DNA of 64,000 nucleotides from an uncultured Ignavibacteria bacterium (GTDB lineage Bacteria; Bacteroidota; Ignavibacteria; Kapaibacteriales; UBA2268): NCBI GenBank assembly GCA_903862655.1, contig CAIOZA010000024.1, positions 11,716 to 75,715 of the forward strand, read 5' to 3'. Shown piece by piece: positions 20,090 to 28,551 of this stretch (position 1 is its first letter; each line of letters starts with the position of its first letter). The notes under the pieces were generated by a model. It saw only the letters and a program-made list of their open reading frames with translations, ran no database searches and was not told where the DNA came from. The position numbers and the translations under genes were made by a program.

Positions 20090-21295
20090 TTATCCAAGTT
20101 TTGGTAATGTAAACGAGAAAATGCTTCCTTTTCCTTTTTCACTTTCGACCCAAATTTTGCCTCCCATTTTCTCAACGAATTCTTTGCAGAGGATTAGCCC
20201 CAATCCTGTGCCTTTCTCTCCGGAAGTACCTGCATTAGTTACGGTTACATCAATGCGGAACAGTTTGTTAAGAATGTCTGCGATCATGCCGACGCCTGTA
20301 TCGGTTACAGAAATGATAATAAAATTGGGAGAATCAATTTTTTCGGAGCTGGATAGAGTAATTGATCCATTTTCAGGAGTGAATTTTATAGAATTGGAAG
20401 TTAAGTTTCGTATTACTGTGGTAAGCAGGTTAGAATCAAAGAAAGCCAGAGTCTTAGGTTTGATGTTATTGATCAGAGAAATTTTCTTGGCGTCAGCCTG
20501 AAGTTTAAGTACATCAATGGCATAAGAAGAAACCAAATGAACATCATTAATAGAAGGAATAAGTTCTATTAGTCCACGCTGAGCCCGCGACCAAATCAGT
20601 AGATTTTCGAGCAGTGAAAATATATTCTTTGCAGAATCGCTTATTAATGAGAGATATTCTACAGTTTCCTCGGGAGAGAAAGAATCGAAATTATTAATCA
20701 TCAAATCCAGTAAAGTTTTAAGAGAACCTAGGGGTCCGCGAAGATCATGCGAGATAATCGAAAAGAATTTATCTTTGGTTGCGTTCAGATCAACCAGCTC
20801 GTTTTCGCGATTTTTTAATGTTTGAATTGTCTCATCGAGCTGATGGATCATAATATTGAATGCACCTGAGAAATCTCCCATGAATTCAACTTTTTGGGTA
20901 AAATCACCAGCAGCGACCATTTGTGTCTGCCATGTCAAATGTCTTAGATTGGATTGTAGCATTTTCAAGCATCCACCCACATAGCCTTTTAGCTTGAAGT
21001 CATAAGATAAGTCACCCGATGAGAATGAGGATACAGCAGTGCGAATAATTGTCAGACTGTTGAATAATTCTAACAACTTCTGATCATTTTCCGGATCAGG
21101 TATAGTTAATTTGGGAACTGAATCAAAAATATAAGAGTAAACAGAATCAGTAACCGCTGACTCAGTTAGATTAATATTTGTGTTGTGCAGTTCTTCCAGA
21201 ACAGATTTTAATTTCGATTCGATTATGGACTGTTCAGAATCATTCTTAATCGCATCATCGATGAATGATTTTAGATTCTCAAGGATGTGCTTCAT
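20090..21295 (-). CDS. soluble sensor histidine kinase (paralog of the kinase at 21992..23089)
   Basis: No TM helices. HisKA FFSIISHDLRGPLGSL. HATPase_c (LTSNSIKFT, TDTGVGM, GTGLGLILCKEFVEKMGGKIWVESEKGKGSIF). Starts 4 nt after the V4R gene stop. Confidence 0.8.
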   Translation of the reverse strand: MKHILENLKSFIDDAIKNDSEQSIIESKLKSVLEELHNTNINLTESAVTDSVYSYIFDSVPKLTIPDPENDQKLLELFNSLTIIRTAVSSFSSGDLSYDFKLKGYVGGCLKMLQSNLRHLTWQTQMVAAGDFTQKVEFMGDFSGAFNIMIHQLDETIQTLKNRENELVDLNATKDKFFSIISHDLRGPLGSLKTLLDLMINNFDSFSPEETVEYLSLISDSAKNIFSLLENLLIWSRAQRGLIELIPSINDVHLVSSYAIDVLKLQADAKKISLINNIKPKTLAFFDSNLLTTVIRNLTSNSIKFTPENGSITLSSSEKIDSPNFIIISVTDTGVGMIADILNKLFRIDVTVTNAGTSGEKGTGLGLILCKEFVEKMGGKIWVESEKGKGSIFSFTLPKLG

Positions 21296-21299
21296 TTTA

Positions 21300-21821
21300 T
21301 TATCCTACTACATTTGCAACGAATCTGCATGTTCTGTCACCGGTACACCAGCAATCCACTTCTTTAACTATAAATTTTTTGCCGGTAAAACTCTCCAATA
21401 ATCCTGCATACATGCCTTCGTCGTATGTGCAAACTTCATAATCAAGCTCAGGTAGTCCGGAACAATCGAGATCCTCCGATGCTGTAAGAATGATTTCACC
21501 GTTTTGAAGATCAATCTTTTCCATTCTCAAAATGGCAATACCCAGCTCCTTCAATTTTGCCTGAAGCTGTTTTACAAACTCATTCATGTCGGTGATGCCA
21601 ACAAAAAACTGTTTATAAAGTTCTTTTCCGCCAAGATAGCCGGACTCGTAGAAAATTTCGTCAGTCATTTCAGTACCGAACTTTTTCTCAATAATATCCC
21701 GGAATGTGAACTGCATTAATCTGTAAATCTCAAGACTAGTAGTGTCTCCTAAATTAGGTCTTCCGAGCTGGATATCTCCAATGAGATCCCATGAAAATTC
21801 ATATTTTCTGTTAATTCCCAT
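21300..21821 (-). CDS. V4R (4-vinyl reductase-like) small-molecule-binding domain protein
   Basis: 173 aa. C-terminal VCTYDEGMYAGLLESFTGKKFIVKEVDCWCTGDRTCRF matches the V4R signature (C..GYlaGllsa.lGk...v.Et.C.a.Gd..C.F). Upstream Gly/Leu pattern also V4R-like. Confidence 0.6.
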   Translation of the reverse strand: MGINRKYEFSWDLIGDIQLGRPNLGDTTSLEIYRLMQFTFRDIIEKKFGTEMTDEIFYESGYLGGKELYKQFFVGITDMNEFVKQLQAKLKELGIAILRMEKIDLQNGEIILTASEDLDCSGLPELDYEVCTYDEGMYAGLLESFTGKKFIVKEVDCWCTGDRTCRFVANVVG

Positions 21822-21991
21822 GATTTCATACCCTAGTAAAAATTAATAAATGGCAATCTTGCTTACTTTGTTATCGGAAGGTTAAGAAAAGACTTTAGTT
21901 AAGTATGAAATACTGAGTTTTGGAAAACTATAGATAAGGTTCTCAGCCATAGGTATAAGGCTGCAAATACATAACAAACTAATGGGCAATA

Positions 21992-23089
21992 TTATATACT
22001 CTTTTGATTCTTGACAGTAAAATAAAATGTTGTTCCTTTGCCCGTGTTGGTTTCGAACCAAATTTCACCTTCGTGCTTTTTGACAAACTCCTTACATATA
22101 ACTAAACCCAATCCCATGCCTCTTTCCTTGTTTGTGCCCGGTGTAGTTACGTTTGATTCAATTTTAAACAGTTTATCGTGCATCTCTTTTTTGATGCCCA
22201 CGCCTGTGTCAGCGATAGAAAAAGTAATAAATTCAGCTTCTTCGGTAACATTGATAGTAACCTGCCCATCATCCTTTGTGAATTTGATGGCATTCGAAAT
22301 CAAATTTTTAAGAATTGTATTCAACATATTCGGATCGGCTGACTTAAAAAAGCTATCGGAAATATTATTAACCAGAGAAATTTTCTTTGCGTCAGCCTGT
22401 GCAGCTAAGCCAGTGAAGAGATCGTCCACCATAGTTTTAATTGGAATAACAACCGGATAGAATGGAATGACTCCCCTTTGAGAGTTAGTCCAGAGAAGCA
22501 GCGTTTCGAAGAAGGAGTAAAGATTATTTGCTGATCTAAGCATAAGATCCAGGAAATGGCGTTTTTCGGTGTTAGTGAATTCGTTATACGAATTGCGCAT
22601 CAGACGTGTAATGTCTCTGAAATTACCCAGAGGATTCTTTAGGTCATGAGCAACAATCATAAAGAATTTATCCTTTGTAGCATTTAGTTCTTTAAGCTCT
22701 TCATTCTTAAGCTTCAATTCTTCTTCAATTCGCTTTCTCTCAGTAATTTCTTTTGAAATGCAGATAATTGTTATGACTTCATCAAGTTCATTTTTGATTG
22801 GTTTGACAGTTGTAAGATAGTATTTATCTTTAGAAGTTTGAGGAACACGAACCTCGAAAGAAACTTCCACTCCAGAAGCAAAAACTTGTTTTACCACCGA
22901 AAAACGTTTATCAGCTTCGTCCTGAGGGAAAATATCCCAAATCTTTTTGCCAATAATATCTTGAGTGGTTTTGCCGAAGGGTCCGGCAAAAGCATTATTA
23001 ACATAACGGTAAGTACCATCCGGATAAAAACTAAAAATCGGATCGCTTGATTCATCTAACAAAAGATGATAAATGTCTAAATTCTGCAT
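21992..23089 (-). CDS. PAS-domain sensor histidine kinase
   Basis: N-terminal PAS, coiled-coil linker, HisKA FFMIVAHDLKNPLGNF, HATPase_c (LISNAIKFT, ADTGVGI, GMGLGLVICKEFVKKHEGEIWFETNTGKGTTF). C-terminal half closely similar to the kinase at 20090..21295. Confidence 0.8.
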   Translation of the reverse strand: MQNLDIYHLLLDESSDPIFSFYPDGTYRYVNNAFAGPFGKTTQDIIGKKIWDIFPQDEADKRFSVVKQVFASGVEVSFEVRVPQTSKDKYYLTTVKPIKNELDEVITIICISKEITERKRIEEELKLKNEELKELNATKDKFFMIVAHDLKNPLGNFRDITRLMRNSYNEFTNTEKRHFLDLMLRSANNLYSFFETLLLWTNSQRGVIPFYPVVIPIKTMVDDLFTGLAAQADAKKISLVNNISDSFFKSADPNMLNTILKNLISNAIKFTKDDGQVTINVTEEAEFITFSIADTGVGIKKEMHDKLFKIESNVTTPGTNKERGMGLGLVICKEFVKKHEGEIWFETNTGKGTTFYFTVKNQKSI

Positions 23090-23136
23090 AAATTTTATTA
23101 CTTAAAGTGTGTAAATATTTTCGTTTTTTATACTAT

Positions 23137-23364
23137 CTATCTGCTCAGTCTCTCGGCTAACCATATTTTGATCACTGATTGACGTGTGACGCCCAATCTT
23201 GAGGCTTCCCAGTCTAACTTAGCGACCATCCATTGGGGCATATCAAGATTGATCCTCTTTGGTGTATGATTAGTTCTGGTTGATGTACTTAAATCAAGAT
23301 CTGAAGTAACATCTTCACCGGAATCAAATTTCCTATCGAATTCACTTGATTTCATATAGTTCAA
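23137..23364 (-). CDS. brnA: BrnA-type ribbon-helix-helix antitoxin
   Basis: 75 aa. SEFDRKFDSGEDVTSDLDLS N-region plus KRINLDMPQWMVAKLDWEASRLGVTRQSVIKIWLAERL RHH core typical of the BrnA/DUF4415 family. Overlaps the brnT 3' end by 23 nt. Confidence 0.65.
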   Translation of the reverse strand: MNYMKSSEFDRKFDSGEDVTSDLDLSTSTRTNHTPKRINLDMPQWMVAKLDWEASRLGVTRQSVIKIWLAERLSR

Positions 23365-23602
23365 TCTCCTCTTTTCTAGATTTTCTAACTGAAATTATTC
23401 TAATATTTGAATCTCTAAATGTGATAACTGCAGACCAGAAATTAGCTTCAATTTTTCCAATCACCAGAAAGCGTGGTTCATCTTCTGTTCTAGCTTCAAT
23501 TTGGAGAAGATTCTGATCATCCCACAACTTTTGTGCTTCTAGAAAATCAATGCCATGTTTTTCAAGGTTATTTCAACTTTTGTTACCATCAAATTCAAAC
23601 AT
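23342..23602 (-). pseudogene. brnT: BrnT (DUF497) toxin gene with in-frame TGA stop at codon 10
   Basis: From ATG at 23602 the frame reads MFEFDGNKS-TGA(23573..23575)-NNLEKHGIDFLEAQKLWDDQNLLQIEARTEDEPRFLVIGKIEANFWSAVITFRDSNIRIISVRKSRKEEIELYEIK. This aligns end to end with the BrnT consensus (MKFEWDENKN..N..KHGVSFEEA…RFLLLG…V…IRIISARKA). ORF track 23342..23527 only picks the post-stop part from a TTG. Confidence 0.65.
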
Positions 23603-23700
23603 ACAATTTGAGTAATAATTGAATAATAACTATCCTTTTCAGTATATGAAACGGATATATATTAAACTTTATTGTTATTAAAAGTATACTTTCTTCTTTA

Positions 23701-24600
23701 TCAGTCTTTGACGCAGCGGACATGACGTCCCGCCACCTTACTATTATAACCTTTGTAGATATTAGTTGTATTATAAAGAATATATCTACGCCATGCAGTT
23801 GTATCATTGTTCTCAGTTGCAGACCACCAATATCCTGTGTCATTAATATTGCGGAACATACCATCAGAGTATCGGTAACCTCCCGGTAAGCCAGAAAATC
23901 CACTCTCATTTGTAGCTCCAGTATTGGGGCTTGTCCAGTAAGATGTACCAATTTCTTTCATTTTTCCACCTGCAACAGATACACCACCTAAATAATTTGA
24001 CAATACTGTCCATTCTGTATCTGTAGGCACGTGCCATTTTTGTGGAGCCAATCCTCGCGTATCATTAACAGCATTCCAATTATACAATTTGCCATAGATT
24101 TTGCCATTAGCAGAATCATTGTTGAAATAACACCATGCATCAGTCTTCAGGTGAGCCCATTGGGCAGAATCTCTGACCTCAGGAATTGAATCTCCATTAC
24201 GATAGTGATCGACATTTAGATCTTTATACATCCAATGTTGTTCACCTATGGTGACAGCAGTATATGTTGTATAATAGAGCAAGATACTGTCAATTTCATG
24301 AATTGCAACATCCCAAATAGAACCATCATGCCAGAGATGCAATCTATTTTCATTGGTTTTATCAATGGTAAATTTGATAATATCAATAAGCTGAGCAGGA
24401 TAGTAGAGGCTCTTGCCATTATTCTTGAATATATGAAATTGAAGCGTCTCTGATGCATAGGAGAATTTCATACTTTCAATATCGCTAAGATTGTACTGCT
24501 TCGAGCTTCCATCCTGAAGATAGAACTTTACTACCGGCTCTGATGAATAGAGGGAAGCAAAGCAAAGAATGATGAAGATGATGATAAGAGCTTTTTTCAT
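23701..24600 (-). CDS. lipoprotein with Fibrobacter succinogenes major paralogous (FISUMP) domain
   Basis: Signal peptide MKKALIIIFIILCFASLYS. C-terminal ~190 aa carry the FISUMP signature (WHVPTDTEWTVL…GFSGLPGGYR…YWWSATE…GRHVRCVKD). Paralog of 52883..53755. Confidence 0.7.
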   Translation of the reverse strand: MKKALIIIFIILCFASLYSSEPVVKFYLQDGSSKQYNLSDIESMKFSYASETLQFHIFKNNGKSLYYPAQLIDIIKFTIDKTNENRLHLWHDGSIWDVAIHEIDSILLYYTTYTAVTIGEQHWMYKDLNVDHYRNGDSIPEVRDSAQWAHLKTDAWCYFNNDSANGKIYGKLYNWNAVNDTRGLAPQKWHVPTDTEWTVLSNYLGGVSVAGGKMKEIGTSYWTSPNTGATNESGFSGLPGGYRYSDGMFRNINDTGYWWSATENNDTTAWRRYILYNTTNIYKGYNSKVAGRHVRCVKD

Positions 24601-24639
24601 GCTTTTCTTCCAAATTTATGACTTTATGAACTATCTACT

Positions 24640-24867
24640 TCAAGAGTATTCAAGGATCTCAATTTGTTCGGACTTATCTTTCCGCTTTGATAACTTTTTT
24701 TCAATTTTGGTTAGAACTTTATCATCAATATATTCTTCACCGCAATTTGAACAGATTAATGCCGGTACCTTACGAAAAACAATTAGATTGGTATCGTTAT
24801 CTTTACTGATAGTAGTAAAGCCGGGTTCAAAATTCCCCCCACAAATCTGGCATTTATGATTTTTCAT
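24640..24867 (-). CDS. YgiT-type zinc-ribbon protein (MqsA N-domain-like, no HTH)
   Basis: 75 aa with two CxxC pairs (CQICGG … CSNCGEEYIDDKV) matching the YgiT/MqsA zinc-finger domain. Lys-rich tail. The opposite-strand ORF 24569..24859 is low complexity. Confidence 0.55.
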   Translation of the reverse strand: MKNHKCQICGGNFEPGFTTISKDNDTNLIVFRKVPALICSNCGEEYIDDKVLTKIEKKLSKRKDKSEQIEILEYS

Positions 24868-24918
24868 CTTAATATAAGCACTTTATAACTTTACAAACTT
24901 TTTAACTTTATAAACTTT

Positions 24919-25776
24919 CTACTGAACCGGTTTTTCGTCCGCCTGCCAGATTTCGTAAGTAGCACCATTATCATAAACGAAAGCGATGATCTTTAACTTG
25001 TTGATTCTCCAATCCTTACCGGCAGGAATTATATATTTCACTGTCTTTTCTATTGTTTGCCGAGCTTTCGGAGGAGTTGTACTAAGTGTATCACCCCATG
25101 TTCCTGTCAGAGCAGTTCTGAAAACATGATCATGGACATAATTTTCGACATCAGGGTTAACCTGCCGATCATCGAGTTGATATTGAACGACACTATCTTC
25201 TATCATATAAAGGCATAAATTATCATTTGTTGAGCCGGCATTCCAGTACTTGACTTTCACGGTTGCCGTTACTTCCCTGTTTGCAGCATTATAAGTGTTG
25301 GTCAGGTCAACCGACATATTAGGGGGAGGTGCTTTAATGAGTGTATTAATAGCTTCTTCCCAAGCACCGTCGCGCAAAATATGATTAGTCGAATAACCAA
25401 CACGGCTGATCAACCCATTGGGATTGCCAGCATTAGAGCAACCGAAGAAATTATCCAATTCTGTAGCTTCGGTTGTACGGAAGTCATATTTATGAGTACC
25501 TTTTGGCAGGGCATAAGGTCCTGCGTGAATACTCATTATTATTATATTATTATCTTTAAATATGGAGTCGCGAAGTTTCTTAGCAAAATCTGAAGCCGCA
25601 GGACAGTTGCCGCAACGGAAACCTGTGTACTCTTCGAGGACTATCTTGCGAATGTTTGGGTTAGTTGTGGTGTCGATATTGTTCTCTGTATACGGTGCCT
25701 GTACGATATCGCAGGATGTAAGAACCAGAGCAAGAAATGCGATACTGAGAGCTGATTTTAGAAATATATTTGTCAT
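24919..25776 (-). CDS. Omp28-related thioredoxin-fold outer-membrane lipoprotein (CxxC)
   Basis: Lipoprotein signal (…LALVLTSCDIV). VLEEYTGFRCGNCPAAS resembles the EEFTG.WC..CP motif of the Omp28 family. Length ~285 aa is typical. Confidence 0.5.
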   Translation of the reverse strand: MTNIFLKSALSIAFLALVLTSCDIVQAPYTENNIDTTTNPNIRKIVLEEYTGFRCGNCPAASDFAKKLRDSIFKDNNIIIMSIHAGPYALPKGTHKYDFRTTEATELDNFFGCSNAGNPNGLISRVGYSTNHILRDGAWEEAINTLIKAPPPNMSVDLTNTYNAANREVTATVKVKYWNAGSTNDNLCLYMIEDSVVQYQLDDRQVNPDVENYVHDHVFRTALTGTWGDTLSTTPPKARQTIEKTVKYIIPAGKDWRINKLKIIAFVYDNGATYEIWQADEKPVQ

Positions 25777-25812
25777 TGTTTTATCTTTCTATTTTTTATC
25801 TGATTAACACAA

Positions 25813-27468
25813 TTAAAATGAAGTTATTACATTCAGCCTGAAGCCGTTGGATGCTGGAACAGGTCTGCACACACCACCTACGCAAAGTAATCCGCTTCTC
25901 TGCTTGCCATATCCTAATGCAATCTGAGTTGTTCCTATTGAATAACTGACCTGACCTGAGATGTAATGAATCTGGTATTCTTTGTTGGGATTCTTAAAAT
26001 TATATTCATCCATCAAAGAGATAAACCAATGAGGCGACACAGAGTATTCAGCGAGTAAAAACAGCCAGTCACCTTCTTTGAGATCGCCATCCATTAGTAC
26101 AGAATCCTGTTTAGTGAAAATTGTCTGGAATTCCATTCTGAGTTGCTTAGAAGGGGTGAATTTATAATAGACCTCCAAGCATAGGGCTGTGGCATTCACT
26201 TTGCCATACTTTGGAGCACCTTCATTTTCCATAACATCACGATCATAGGACTGATTCATAACTGTGAAATTAGTTTGTATTGTTTTGTCCCATTTCTTTT
26301 TAACGTCAAAATTCAATTCCTGATAATAAACTCTTTTGCCAAACTTGAAGAATGGAGAATCATAAGTATAAGCATCAATTTTAGTTGAGTCAAGTGACGA
26401 AATATGAGAGAAATTGAAACCCAAATCCATTCCGTAGTTATCATTGAAAAGGCTTTTGGGAATTTTATATGTAACTTCCGCCTGATAGCCTATTTCTCCA
26501 TTCAACTGAGTGGCAAAAGGATACATTGACATCAGCCTGTAAGCCTGTTGTTTGGATAGTGGTGGGAGATAGTTAATATTGAGATTGCTACCTTTAGCTG
26601 CTCTATCGGCACGAAAGTCCATATTGTCCAGTCTATGAGCATTTATTGTTATTCCCAATCCTTCGGGATAGTAGGATGCAGTTAGATATAGACCAGATCC
26701 GGGGTTATAGCTGTTTTTATTCGATGCATCAGGGTCATTGTATTTATAGCCATATTCGCCCGAGAACGAAAAAGCTTTGCCGGTAAGATTGAGTCTTGTT
26801 GAATAAGCAAATACATTTTGCGGTAATTTAAGGAATGATGAATTGTCAATCTGATAGCGGCTGACAACACTTCCGCCTAATGAGAGATTGAGGTCGGAGG
26901 GAAGTAATTCTTTGAACATTTCGTTAATACTTAGATTCAGATCTCCACCGCGAACAATTCCTTTGCTTGATTCCCAAAAAGAGCGCATCTTTCCTACTAA
27001 AGCAGTGACTTCAACTCCATCGCCGGGTCTAACCTTTACACGTGCTCCATCCATCGCATTGTCGAACCCAAGCTGACGTTCTTCATAAGAACGGAAAATC
27101 ATCCCACTGCCGAACTGTTCGTAGAAATTACCTGCTGTCACATCGATGAAATCGTTAGCATAGTTGAAGGATCTGTACGCAAATCCTGAGCCCTTCAACC
27201 TTGGATCGAATCCAAGAATAGGATCATTGTAGGATTCATACCTCAAATTGGCAGTAAATCCCTGGAGTCTGTAGTTTAGGAACAAATAAGCATTCGAAAG
27301 TATCTTTTGTGGAATATCTTCAGCTCCTATAAGCGAGTCTTTGCTGTAACTCTGCGCATCCATCTGGAAGCTGCCAGAAATGGAGCCAATTGACGAAGCA
27401 TCCTCAGCATTCAACGTTACTATATTAATAATGCAAAGGATTATCAGCGATCTAAATATTTTAACCAT
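25813..27468 (-). CDS. outer-membrane beta-barrel protein (putative porin)
   Basis: 551 aa with a signal peptide. Pervasive alternating aromatic/Gly strands, C-terminal …NVITSF ending in Phe. First gene of the apparent operon 27468 to 23137. Confidence 0.5.
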   Translation of the reverse strand: MVKIFRSLIILCIINIVTLNAEDASSIGSISGSFQMDAQSYSKDSLIGAEDIPQKILSNAYLFLNYRLQGFTANLRYESYNDPILGFDPRLKGSGFAYRSFNYANDFIDVTAGNFYEQFGSGMIFRSYEERQLGFDNAMDGARVKVRPGDGVEVTALVGKMRSFWESSKGIVRGGDLNLSINEMFKELLPSDLNLSLGGSVVSRYQIDNSSFLKLPQNVFAYSTRLNLTGKAFSFSGEYGYKYNDPDASNKNSYNPGSGLYLTASYYPEGLGITINAHRLDNMDFRADRAAKGSNLNINYLPPLSKQQAYRLMSMYPFATQLNGEIGYQAEVTYKIPKSLFNDNYGMDLGFNFSHISSLDSTKIDAYTYDSPFFKFGKRVYYQELNFDVKKKWDKTIQTNFTVMNQSYDRDVMENEGAPKYGKVNATALCLEVYYKFTPSKQLRMEFQTIFTKQDSVLMDGDLKEGDWLFLLAEYSVSPHWFISLMDEYNFKNPNKEYQIHYISGQVSYSIGTTQIALGYGKQRSGLLCVGGVCRPVPASNGFRLNVITSF

Positions 27469-27697
27469 ATTATTATTCCGTAAACGATAATTAAACGAAC
27501 ATCAAAGTTAATAAAAAAATGAAAAAGAAACATTATAATCTTCTGGTCTATTTCAAAATGATTATTGAATTAGGTTCTGGCAGACAGAATAAAACAATTA
27601 AATCGGTCAATCAAGGATGATTGACTTACCAAAGACTTGGTAGGACACTGCATGCCGTGACCCTACAAAGACAGAATACAAAGTTTCCTGCATTAGC

Positions 27698-27823
27698 TTT
27701 GTGTTTAATGCGTGATCCGAGGAATGACAGGCAATCTGTCATCCCGAGCGGAGAGAGGCATCTGTGCTCTAATTTCAAGAAATTGATGAGATTTCTCACT
27801 ACGTTCGAAATGACAATATAACT
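27698..27823 (+). repeat. degenerate MITE-like repeat, copy C, flanked by a 16-bp direct repeat AGTTTCCTGCATTAGC
   Basis: Contains TGTCATCCCGAGCGGAGAGAGGCATC … CTCACTACGTTCGAAATGACA (family 3' end) plus an inverted GGAATGACAG at 27721. Identical 16-mers at 27682..27697 and 27824..27839 flank it. Confidence 0.55.
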
Positions 27824-27919
27824 AGTTTCCTGCATTAGCAGAAATGACACGCTTTTGATTGTAATTCACCTCGATATTTTTATTGAACAAATCTATTCAC
27901 TTCATTCATAGTGAGAACA

Positions 27920-28273
27920 CTATTTATCGCGGTTGAAGTGCTGCATATCTTCAGGCAAGACTATAGAAATTTCTACAAGTCCTGCAAACACTCCATCACT
28001 AAAGTATGGGGATTGATAAATCAGCTTTTTGATGCCCTTTTTTTCGATAGTATAGATGTTTGGTAGTTTTGAATCGGTAATATTTTGAATAATATGATTA
28101 GAATGTTCATTATGACAATCGTAAAGATTTTGCCCTATTAAGCCGCTTCCACCGTCATTTGCAAAGGTATCGACTGATTTATTATTCATATAGACAATAA
28201 TTCCATCCTTGTTCGTGATAGTAACTGCAGATGGGAGCTCAGAAGCCCAATCAAACTTTGAAATATCTGACAT
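27920..28273 (-). CDS. single PAS-domain protein
   Basis: 117 aa. (ITNKDGIIVYMN…LIGQNLYDCH…) PAS-fold pattern. Divergently oriented from fliC. Confidence 0.5.
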   Translation of the reverse strand: MSDISKFDWASELPSAVTITNKDGIIVYMNNKSVDTFANDGGSGLIGQNLYDCHNEHSNHIIQNITDSKLPNIYTIEKKGIKKLIYQSPYFSDGVFAGLVEISIVLPEDMQHFNRDK

Positions 28274-28458
28274 AGTTTTCCTTAAATTTCATTAAAATGG
28301 TGGTTAAAATTAGTCAAATAAAGAATATGATCAAAAATGTACAGTTGTATTTAGGAAAGTTTTATTTTTTTTTAAAAATAAATAAAAATAATTTTTGTTA
28401 AATATCAATGACTTAGCGAAAGAGTAGAAAAAACATTAAAAATAATTAAAAAAAAAGC

Positions 28459-28485
28459 TAAAGTTTAAGTTTAGAATACCGAAAA
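28459..28485 (+). promoter_or_regulatory. candidate sigma-28 (FliA)-type promoter for flagellin
   Basis: TAAA(28459-62)-N15-ACCGAAAA(28478-85) against the consensus TAAA-N15-GCCGATAA. It lies ~70 nt upstream of fliC in a very AT-rich leader. GGAGG RBS at 28539..28543. Confidence 0.35.
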
Positions 28486-28551
28486 TTGTTTCAAGAGGAT
28501 TAAATTTAGTTGGCAGGACGCCCAGATTAATCACACACGGAGGTTTATTTT

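Noticed and set aside
23573-23575. Possibility that the in-frame TGA in brnT reflects a TGA-sense genetic code (table 4/25)
   Set aside because: TGA terminates other well-supported genes in the window (e.g. 1227..1229), and Trp is encoded by TGG throughout. So TGA is a stop here.
23595-23951. 118-aa ORF spanning the FISUMP gene 3' end and the brnT 5' region
   Set aside because: Low-complexity product. The region is better explained by the FISUMP CDS plus the brnT N-terminus (MFEFDGNKS*) in another frame.
24569-24859. 96-aa + strand ORF antisense to the YgiT zinc-ribbon gene
   Set aside because: Hydrophobic low-complexity translation. The - strand product has two CxxC pairs and a recognisable zinc-ribbon pattern.
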